The position numbers and the translations under genes are program-made. Positions 55,876-63,556 of a DNA stretch of 64,000 bases are shown piece by piece. Location: the NCBI RefSeq assembly GCF_053078305.1, contig NZ_CP166879.1. The stretch is one strand, 5' to 3'. The notes beneath the pieces are model-generated. The model was not told the origin of the DNA, did no database searches, and was given only the letters and a program-made list of their open reading frames with translations. Within the stretch, counting starts at the first letter, position 1; each line of letters begins with the position of its first letter.

Positions 55876-55951
55876 GCCCGGATAGCTCAGTCGGTAGAGC
55901 AGGGGATTGAAAATCCCCGTGTCGGTGGTTCGATTCCGCCTCCGGGCACCA
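55876..55951 (+). tRNA. pheU: tRNA-Phe (GAA) with variant T-stem
   Basis: GCCCGGATAGCTCAGTCGGTAGAGCAGGGGATTGAAAATCCCCGTGTCGGTGGTTCGATTCCGCCTCCGGGCACCA; identical to recalled E. coli tRNA-Phe except two compensatory base-pair changes in the T-stem (49-65 and 50-64). Confidence 0.95.
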
Positions 55952-56146
55952 TATACCAGAACACGCTGGTTAAGGGATGAGATCCTTGACGGGCGGTTAA
56001 TACAGGATGCGGCATCAAAGGGTCTCCGTTTGTGTAAGTTGTGGTTACACTGATTGAGTTCGGTATCGTATCCTCAAACAGGGTCTCTTTTGCAGAGACG
56101 CCCTGTTCTCGTTAACACTGTATGCTTACATTGCTGATTCAGCCTG

Positions 56147-57217
56147 TCAAGATTTATTCCCCCCTTTGCAAATCTTGCTCACTGTGCGCTCATCTGTATA
56201 CAAACTCAGGGCATCTTCCAGTGTCTGCGCTGCAGACTCCATACAGACATCAACATACCCCATGGTCGTTGTAAGACTCCTGTGTCCCAGTATGGATTTG
56301 ACCAGATGTAAATTACGTTCAGGATATTTCATCAGTCTGGTTGCCAGCGTATGTCTGAAACGATGTGGTGAAACAGGAAAACCACATTCTCGCGAAAGTC
56401 GCCGGAAAAATGAACGTACGGTCTGATGCGCCCGAACGGGACAGTACTGATATCTGTCGGCAGAGATCGGCTCACTGAAACGACAGACGTCAAAAAGATA
56501 GTCATCATCACCTGCCCCGCACTGACGGGCCCGCTCCAGCAGTTTTTCCATCGATACCTTCAGGGGAGCCACCAGAGGAACGCCCCATTCCCTGTGAGTT
56601 TTACTTCCCTCCAGCTTAAGATCAATTATGCTTTCATCCGGACAGACATCCCTCACACGGATATGCTTCAGTTGATTAAAGCGCATTCCGGTATAACGCA
56701 GAACATCCAGAACTGTCAGCCAGTACCAGGCAGGGTATATAGCATTGCGTCGACGACTATTCACCATGTTCTGCTCTTCCGCTTCTGCAAACCTCTGCAC
56801 AACCAGGTAAACCCTGAGCATCTGATTGTCACTCAGTGTCTTTTTCTTTTTTTCAGTACTCGCAACTGATGCTTCCACCAACGGGTTTTCTGTCTGAGGC
56901 AGCAGTTTCATCTTGATCCCGAATCCCATAATTGCCCGCAAGTGGGCCACCTTGTTATTCCAGGTCACCTCCCTGCGCTTCTGCTCTTTCAGGACATAAC
57001 GCCGGTATCGCTGAACATCACGGACAGTCACCTCCCCCGGCAAAATATCACCGATAAATTCCCTGAATACCCTGACAACTTTGCAGTAGCTCCACTCTGT
57101 ATCCGGCCGAAGATTCTTTGAAAAAAAGTACTCTTCCAGCAGTTGTTCCCAGGTGATTTTTGTGACGGAATCGTCATTCTGCATTATATATTCCCCTTGT
57201 TTACTGTGCTCCCGCAC
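56147..57217 (-). CDS. tyrosine-type site-specific recombinase (island integrase)
   Basis: ORF 356 aa; C-terminal catalytic residues visible (HRFRHT ... LGHRS ... MGYV with catalytic Tyr); transcribed toward the tRNA-Phe attachment site; possible alternative start at ATG 57184. Confidence 0.85.
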   Translation of the reverse strand: MREHSKQGEYIMQNDDSVTKITWEQLLEEYFFSKNLRPDTEWSYCKVVRVFREFIGDILPGEVTVRDVQRYRRYVLKEQKRREVTWNNKVAHLRAIMGFGIKMKLLPQTENPLVEASVASTEKKKKTLSDNQMLRVYLVVQRFAEAEEQNMVNSRRRNAIYPAWYWLTVLDVLRYTGMRFNQLKHIRVRDVCPDESIIDLKLEGSKTHREWGVPLVAPLKVSMEKLLERARQCGAGDDDYLFDVCRFSEPISADRYQYCPVRAHQTVRSFFRRLSRECGFPVSPHRFRHTLATRLMKYPERNLHLVKSILGHRSLTTTMGYVDVCMESAAQTLEDALSLYTDERTVSKICKGGNKS

Positions 57218-57251
57218 TCTCCGGTCAAATTCTGCACATCATCGCCTTTAC

Positions 57252-58739
57252 TCACCCGAAAACAATAAGCGGGCTGTCTCCGGGAACCGTAATATTCCCG
57301 TACAGAAACCTGCCCTTAACCAGATATCCCGAAACCATTTTGTAACGTCCGGAATGTTCTGCGTCACTATAAAGACGGGCCTGAAAAAAACGCTCTCCTG
57401 AACGTACCTTATGGATACCTGCCCGTTCAAAGAGCGACTGAACATAACGACGATCCTGCCCGGAACCACTCTCCTTCAGAAAACGATAAAAAATCCCCGG
57501 GGCACACAGAAAAACATATCCGGAAACAACATGAACATTTGAATCAACGCTGTTAACCGAAAGTGAACCCTCCCTCAGCCCCTCTTTTAACCATCTGATA
57601 AATTCACTCTCTACCCTGCTATCCTCTGTCAGGGAAAACTCTGCCGTTTTTTCCACTGTTTCCGGGATACGGTTTCCCTGATTTTCTGTTACACATCCGC
57701 TCTCTTCCGGTAACTCAATACCGCTTTCTTTATCCGGCGGCACGCCTGACGCTATCTGCCCTCCCTCATCCGACAAATCAGCAGCAGAAAACAGCGTAAG
57801 GAGCATTCCGGTATCAGCATCAGTTTCGTTCCCCTCATCCACCTCCTGTTCCGCTGTCCGGCCCTCATTTTCGGCATCCTCCACTGGCGACTGTACAACC
57901 GGCAACGGCTGAATGACGCTTTCTGCTGAAATTGCTGCTGACTGCAGCAGTACCGGAACAACCTCAGCCACCGGAACTTCGGCCACATCTCCTGCAGCGA
58001 GGGGACTCACGACTTCCTCCATAGCTTCCTGTAATACTGTACGTATCAGTGCCATTTCAGGATGCTGATGCCAGACTGCTCCGGCAAGATTCTGTAATGC
58101 CCCCGGGACAGTGGCAAGCCAGGCTCCCGCCTCTCCGGGCAGCAGTTGTCCCGCCATCAGGGCTGCCAGTTGCCGTCCCTCCGTTCCCTGGCAGGGCATC
58201 TTCCTGAACCGGAACCGGTATACGCCCTCAGGTACAGATATCCCCGGCTGCCAGCATCTGCCGTCGGCCTGTTCGCCTTCCAGTTCCGCCAGCAACGGCA
58301 GGTGATAAAACAGAGCCGACCAGAACACCACCATGTTCCACACACTCCCCTGCGCGGCCTGCTCTTCTGCTGTCGCTCCCGGTGGAAACATTCTGCCTCT
58401 GGCCAGCCGGACAGCATACGTCGTGAACTGCAGGGTCAGGTCACCAAAACCACCGGTGTAACCCCAGCGACCTTCTGCTGTGGCCGGCAGATTCTGACTG
58501 ACAGACAACAACTGATGCACAGGATCAAGACAAAGGCGCTGATACATATCCACCGGCATGGAACTGTTTTCCCATAACTGTTTCAGACACCTTTTCCTGA
58601 ACGGTGTGGATACCAGTACATCAGCCGGCAATGGTGTAAAATACCCCTCCGGCACCGTTTCCCCGGGAATATCCGTCCGGACATCAGAACATTCTGTCTT
58701 CACAGGAAATAACCTTTTCAGGCGTTCAAGCATGCCCAT
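57252..58739 (-). CDS. hypothetical 495-aa protein, translationally coupled partner of the SF1 helicase
   Basis: ORF 57252..58739; start overlaps helicase stop by 14 nt; N-domain and C-domain separated by an acidic low-complexity linker (about 57,630-57,900); no Walker A, HD or HNH motif recognisable by eye. Confidence 0.6.
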   Translation of the reverse strand: MGMLERLKRLFPVKTECSDVRTDIPGETVPEGYFTPLPADVLVSTPFRKRCLKQLWENSSMPVDMYQRLCLDPVHQLLSVSQNLPATAEGRWGYTGGFGDLTLQFTTYAVRLARGRMFPPGATAEEQAAQGSVWNMVVFWSALFYHLPLLAELEGEQADGRCWQPGISVPEGVYRFRFRKMPCQGTEGRQLAALMAGQLLPGEAGAWLATVPGALQNLAGAVWHQHPEMALIRTVLQEAMEEVVSPLAAGDVAEVPVAEVVPVLLQSAAISAESVIQPLPVVQSPVEDAENEGRTAEQEVDEGNETDADTGMLLTLFSAADLSDEGGQIASGVPPDKESGIELPEESGCVTENQGNRIPETVEKTAEFSLTEDSRVESEFIRWLKEGLREGSLSVNSVDSNVHVVSGYVFLCAPGIFYRFLKESGSGQDRRYVQSLFERAGIHKVRSGERFFQARLYSDAEHSGRYKMVSGYLVKGRFLYGNITVPGDSPLIVFG

Positions 58740-60276
58740 TCTCCTGAACCCGACCTGATGTGTCGTACCCGGTCCCCCGCAGACCTTCAGTTTTCTGCTG
58801 TTCTTCTGCCAGTTGGTGCATCAGGTCATTCAGTACCAGCGTCCTGAGGGCCCGGGTGACAGCCACATATAACAGACAGGTTTCATCATGACGCTCGGCC
58901 TCCGTCATCAGCGGAACCGTGATATCCTGGAAATCCTCATCCAGCATTACAACCGGCCACTCCAGCCCCTTGCTCCGGTGTGCCGTTGACACCGTGATAT
59001 CTGCATCCTGCTCATTCGTTACCGTATACTGCCGGAGAAGTTCCAGTTTTTTCGGTAACGGAAAACACAACTCCAGAAGCCGAAGGGACTGATTCATCTC
59101 CACATCCTTCGTGGATTTTGCAATATATTTATATTCTTCAAAATTCCTGTAGTCCCGGCGCAGCCTGTCTGAATGCATCCGTTCCGGCATATCAACCTGG
59201 AACCAGTAGAGATCCTCAAGTTCCCCGGTCCTGTAACCTTCGATTCCCCCCACCCAGTAAACCTTTTGCCCTTTCATTGCCGCCATCAGCGCAGTACCAA
59301 TCACACCCGCGACAGTACGACTGAGTACCGTGTAATGCCCCTGCAGATGTTCACGCGCATGGCATTTCAGCAATACCTCATCATCACCACCACAACCTTT
59401 CACCTCTCGTGTTTCACCTTCACGCTGCAGAAGCAGATTTGCCATACGAGCCACCGCCGGACCAAAACGGAAACTCTGTGTCAGCCACAACCGGTCCGCA
59501 TTCTTCAGTGCAGGATGGGAAAGCGCATTATTCGCACCCCGAAAGCGGTAAATCTGTTGATAACAATCTCCAACAAGGACCACCCGACACTTCTGCCCCA
59601 GAACCAGAGCAGTGGTCACCGGATTCGCATCCTGCGCCTCATCAAACAGGATGGTGTCCCATCGGTGAGACAGGTCTGCACCGGACAACTGGAAGAGTTT
59701 CAGATAAGTATCGTGCGTCACCGGGAACGTCCCCCCGGGGTTGCTCATTTCGTTCCAGAGCAACTGCACCGCCCGAAGCGCATCTGCTGGCGGAACACCC
59801 CGCATCTCATCCTTATCCGGCAGGTGATGCAGGCCCGGTACCGCATCAGCAGAACAGATAAAATGATTCAGCCCCGTCCCTGCCACCCGTGCCAGAGCCC
59901 AGTATCGTGTATTCAGCTTTCTCGCCACATCAGTAATACGTAATCCCGGAACCAGCCGATGACGGTAGTGTCTTCCAACCCGGGCATACGCCAGCTGATG
60001 TGACGTTCTGCATTCCACGTTAAAGGGAAATTTACGCTCTGCCTCATCACGTATTGCCCGGTTATAGGCAAGATAGAGCATACGGCTGTCCGGACTGGCC
60101 CGGGCAAACTGCACCAGCGTACTCGTCTTCCCTGTGCCGGAAAACGCATTCACAACCAGTTGCTGCCCCTGCCAGTTAATAATGGCGTACTGTTCATCTG
60201 TGGGATTAAAAGACATGTATTCTCTTCTCCGGAAAAACATTTCCGTAATCTGATGCATCAGGGGTATGCCCACCAC
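58726..60276 (-). CDS. superfamily-1 UvrD/PcrA-like DNA helicase
   Basis: ORF 516 aa; Walker A SGTGKT (about 60,124-60,141), motif II FDEAQD, motif IV QSFRF, motif V/VI TAHRSKGLEWPVV; true start may be an internal ATG (MSFNPTDEQ..., 60216). Confidence 0.85.
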   Translation of the reverse strand: MVGIPLMHQITEMFFRRREYMSFNPTDEQYAIINWQGQQLVVNAFSGTGKTSTLVQFARASPDSRMLYLAYNRAIRDEAERKFPFNVECRTSHQLAYARVGRHYRHRLVPGLRITDVARKLNTRYWALARVAGTGLNHFICSADAVPGLHHLPDKDEMRGVPPADALRAVQLLWNEMSNPGGTFPVTHDTYLKLFQLSGADLSHRWDTILFDEAQDANPVTTALVLGQKCRVVLVGDCYQQIYRFRGANNALSHPALKNADRLWLTQSFRFGPAVARMANLLLQREGETREVKGCGGDDEVLLKCHAREHLQGHYTVLSRTVAGVIGTALMAAMKGQKVYWVGGIEGYRTGELEDLYWFQVDMPERMHSDRLRRDYRNFEEYKYIAKSTKDVEMNQSLRLLELCFPLPKKLELLRQYTVTNEQDADITVSTAHRSKGLEWPVVMLDEDFQDITVPLMTEAERHDETCLLYVAVTRALRTLVLNDLMHQLAEEQQKTEGLRGTGYDTSGRVQENGHA

Positions 60277-60447
60277 AAATAACTCTGTACAGCAACAGAA
60301 AAATTTCCCTGGTCATATGATGAATTAATCATCGCCATCACACCGGATGCTTCTCATCCTGTCCTCAGAAAGACAGGTGGTCTCCTGTCTGCCGCGCTTA
60401 TCCAGGATACCGGGACCTGAAAGGTCATAATCTGGCAGGAAAAAATA

Positions 60448-62124
60448 ATGTCCGAAGTAAAAAAACACGTTTCTTATTCATTAACAGTTGCAGCTATGCT
60501 GTCAGCCGCCATCGTCTGTCAGACAGCACATGCTGATATCAACACACCGAACATCACCGGAGAAAAAAACAATACAACAACACGATTCTCCGGAAATATT
60601 TACGGCAGTGAAAATACTGTCACATCAGAGTCAAACAGTCTGGTTGTGGGTAACAGTAATTCCGTGGAGGGAGGGTATAACAACATTGTTATTGGTAATT
60701 CCTCCACGGTCAAAGCTTCCGGTTTGATCAGAAAAGTGGGCGAAGATATTGTGCTGGATGGTTACAGCGTCAGCCTCGGTAATGCCACCAGAATTAACGG
60801 TGATTCATCTGTTGCCATAGGTCTGACATCGTCCGTAACCGGGAACGACTCCGTGGCACTGGGCAGTCATTCCAGTGCTAACGGAAACAATATCGTATCC
60901 GTCGGCTCTGACACACTGAAACGCCGCATCACAAATCTGGCACAGGGGAAAGATGACCATGATGCGGTAAATCTGATGCAGATGACCAGTGCTGTTAACC
61001 GGGAAGCTGGAGAAAGAATAAAATCAACAAACAACCTGCAGAATCAGCTTAATACCCTCTCTGGTCAGGTCATAACTGAAACCAGGGCCCGAACAGAAGG
61101 TGATGCAGCAGCGCTGGCTGCAGCCAGAGCCCACAGCGATGAAAACGACAAAAGAACACTGGTCAGTGCGAATACCTATGCTGACCAGAAAGAAACCGCC
61201 ATCAATAACCGTACTGACGGATTACTGACGACCGAACGCCAGGCACGCACCGCAGGCGATACTGCAACTCTGGCTGCTGCCAGAACGCACAGCGATGAAA
61301 ACAACAAAAGAACACTGATCAGTGCGAATACCTATGCTGACCAGAAAGAAACCGCCATCAATAACCGTACTGACGGATTACTGGCTACAGAACGCCAGGC
61401 ACGCACCGCAGGCGATACTGCAACTCTGGCTGCTGCCAGAACGCACAGCGATGAAAACAACAAAAGAACACTGGTCAGTGCGAATACTTATGCTGACCAG
61501 AAAGAAACCGACATCAATAACCGTACTGACGGATTACTGGCTACAGAACGCCAGGCACGCACCGCAGGCGATACTGCAACTCTGGCTGCTGCCAGAACGC
61601 ACAGCGATGAAAACAACAAAAGAACACTGATCAGTGCGAATACCTATGCTGACCAGAAAGAAACCGCCATCAATAACCGTACTGACGGATTACTGACGAC
61701 CGAACGCCAGGCACGCATCGCAGGTGATGCCGCAACTCTGGCAACAGCAGCGGCATACAGTGACGCCGGGGATTCACTGACACTGAAACAGGCAACAGCC
61801 TACAGCGATATCAGTACCCGCCGGGCACTGTCAGAGGCCAATCGTTATACCGACAACAAATTCAGAAACCTGAGCAATAAAATTGAACGGGCAGAAAAAA
61901 GACTTAATGCAGGCATCGCCGGAGTGACAGCAATATCCTCCATCCCCTATGTGGCTGAAAATTCTTTTTCATACGGGATCGGCGTGGGTAACTATCAGAA
62001 CGCTAATGCTGTGGCCGCAGGCATTCAGTATAAAACATCACGTAATACCAATATACGCCTCAACATCTCCTGGGACTCATCTCATAACACCGCGATTGGT
62101 GCAGGGGTTGCCGGCGGCTGGTAA
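60448..62124 (+). CDS. YadA-like trimeric autotransporter adhesin (Eib/Saa-like architecture)
   Basis: ORF 558 aa; signal peptide, head with NSxxxG/SxxxG YadA-head repeats, neck, repeat-containing coiled-coil stalk, C-terminal YadA-type beta-barrel anchor ending ...AIGAGVAGGW. Confidence 0.85.
   Translation: MSEVKKHVSYSLTVAAMLSAAIVCQTAHADINTPNITGEKNNTTTRFSGNIYGSENTVTSESNSLVVGNSNSVEGGYNNIVIGNSSTVKASGLIRKVGEDIVLDGYSVSLGNATRINGDSSVAIGLTSSVTGNDSVALGSHSSANGNNIVSVGSDTLKRRITNLAQGKDDHDAVNLMQMTSAVNREAGERIKSTNNLQNQLNTLSGQVITETRARTEGDAAALAAARAHSDENDKRTLVSANTYADQKETAINNRTDGLLTTERQARTAGDTATLAAARTHSDENNKRTLISANTYADQKETAINNRTDGLLATERQARTAGDTATLAAARTHSDENNKRTLVSANTYADQKETDINNRTDGLLATERQARTAGDTATLAAARTHSDENNKRTLISANTYADQKETAINNRTDGLLTTERQARIAGDAATLATAAAYSDAGDSLTLKQATAYSDISTRRALSEANRYTDNKFRNLSNKIERAEKRLNAGIAGVTAISSIPYVAENSFSYGIGVGNYQNANAVAAGIQYKTSRNTNIRLNISWDSSHNTAIGAGVAGGW
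61087..61710 (+). repeat. four near-identical tandem 156-bp (52-aa) repeats within the adhesin stalk, plus a degenerate fifth copy
   Basis: Units begin at 61087, 61243, 61399, 61555 (each starting gca cgc acc gca ggc gat = ARTAGD); partial degenerate unit from 61711. Confidence 0.9.
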
Positions 62125-62269
62125 ATAATCTTGCGTACATACGGCATTATGGTATTCCATAATCACATTAATTCAGTACGCAACACAGCCCCATCCGGAA
62201 CAGACCACTGGACTGAGCGGGATAATCAAGGAAAAAGGGCGCGCAGTGAGGTCAGCCTTCACAACAATC

Positions 62270-62296
62270 CGGCGGCAGATTTCCTGCCGCCGTGTT
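62270..62296. terminator. GC-rich hairpin between convergent adhesin and toxin genes (candidate bidirectional terminator)
   Basis: ccggcggcag-atttc-ctgccgccg; no strong flanking T-run, so terminator function is uncertain. Confidence 0.45.
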
Positions 62297-62363
62297 GCCC
62301 GTTAACATTTAACTTCGTGGGCTGACGTTGCCACAAGCACCGTATTTCCCTGATTTATTCTGT

Positions 62364-62852
62364 TTATTTTATTGTGGATAATGATGCCAATGGCATGAAT
62401 AAAGTTCTTCCGGACTCCGGGAACGCCATAAAGCCATAATGTTTGTAAAATGCGACTGCCGTGTCATCTTTTGCATCAACAATAAGCGCATATGCTGCAA
62501 TTTCAGATGTGTATGCACGATATAGCGCATCAGCTAAAAGTGCTCCCCCAAGCCCCGTTCCTTTTGATGACAGACTTACTGCCAGTCGTCCCATACGAAT
62601 AGCCGGAATAGTGGGATATCGCGGAAGCTTTTTTCTCAAATGCTCAGGTAAGTCAGTTAATAATATACTGGCCGCTGATAACGTATAGTATCCGATGATA
62701 TGATGATCGTTATCTACAGCGACAAAACAGGCCGCGATGCGTCGTCGAATATCCTGTGTGACATGCTCTTTTATGTAACGGTCCAGAGCATCAGAGCCAC
62801 ATAAAAATGAGGTTCTGTCATATGTGCTGTTAAATGGTGTCAGTTGAAACAT
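62364..62852 (-). CDS. GNAT-family acetyltransferase toxin (TacT/AtaT/KacT-like)
   Basis: ORF 162 aa; acetyl-CoA-binding region with Gly-rich loop (TGLGGALLADA) and conserved Tyr; sits 5 nt downstream of a DUF1778 gene. Confidence 0.82.
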   Translation of the reverse strand: MFQLTPFNSTYDRTSFLCGSDALDRYIKEHVTQDIRRRIAACFVAVDNDHHIIGYYTLSAASILLTDLPEHLRKKLPRYPTIPAIRMGRLAVSLSSKGTGLGGALLADALYRAYTSEIAAYALIVDAKDDTAVAFYKHYGFMAFPESGRTLFMPLASLSTIK

Positions 62853-62857
62853 TATAT

Positions 62858-63139
62858 TTATTTTGTGTACAGCATATTATTACGGCGTTTAAAGGCCCGT
62901 TTAAGCGCATCATTCGGCTCTGTTGGTGACAGTAATGCCTGAGCAAAAATTTCCTGATCTGTCCGGGACAGTCGGATTATATCGGTTTGTTCGATAGCGC
63001 GTTGGGCCGCATCCTGAACGGCAGCAATGATAAAATCGGTCATAGTGCGCCCCTGGATTTCTGCAGCGCGCTTCAGCATGGCATGTAGTTCTGTGCTGAT
63101 CCTTGCTTCCAGTCGGGCAGTTTGTGTTGCAGATGGCAT
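62858..63139 (-). CDS. DUF1778 (RHH-like) antitoxin, TacA-like
   Basis: ORF 93 aa; N-terminal segment RLEARISTELHAMLKRAAEIQGRTMTDFI typical of DUF1778 antitoxins; upstream of the GNAT toxin. Confidence 0.8.
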   Translation of the reverse strand: MPSATQTARLEARISTELHAMLKRAAEIQGRTMTDFIIAAVQDAAQRAIEQTDIIRLSRTDQEIFAQALLSPTEPNDALKRAFKRRNNMLYTK

Positions 63140-63374
63140 GATTTGTACCTCCTGAATACACTGTACGGCAAATTGCCGTATTGTGCAAATTACACTCTGA
63201 CACCGGGACGGCAGACAGACATTCTGCCTGAAAAGAAAAATCAGATTCAGACAAAACTATCCGGGGGATGTTAACGCCACGATCTTTGACCATTGCATAC
63301 AGATAAAAGCTCAGATTATTTACCAGCAGTGACATCCGGAGTACACCGGGATTTTATCTGTGAGTGAACATACC

Positions 63375-63405
63375 CGGGCAAAAAAATCCCCCGAATTCAG
63401 GGGGG
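63375..63405 (-). terminator. rho-independent terminator downstream of the BON-domain gene
   Basis: Minus strand: ccccc-tgaattc-ggggg followed by atttttttg. Confidence 0.65.
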
Positions 63406-63556
63406 TGTCAAAGAGGAATTATGTATATTGGTTATTATAATGAGCACGCCTCCGGTATTCCGCGACGAATGTTCACGTGGTGGCATGAACGGCCCGGAAA
63501 CGTGCTCTTCTGATTTTTAACGTAAATTTACACTAAAGGCAACTCTGATACTGCCT

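Noticed and set aside
57252-60276. Assignment of the helicase pair to Gabija (GajA/GajB)
   Set aside because: GajB-like size and UvrD motifs fit the helicase, but the partner lacks the N-terminal ABC-ATPase Walker A and TOPRIM signatures expected of GajA, and gene order is reversed; left as unclassified.
61322-61630. 102-aa plus-strand ORF with internal repeat
   Set aside because: Alternative reading frame through the adhesin tandem repeats; the repetition is a by-product of the DNA repeats.
62131-62325. 64-aa ORF between the adhesin and the toxin gene
   Set aside because: No RBS, spans the convergent-gene hairpin, unremarkable translation.
62910-63335. 141-aa Cys-rich minus-strand ORF
   Set aside because: Out-of-frame overlap with the DUF1778 antitoxin gene and its promoter region; composition suggests non-coding.
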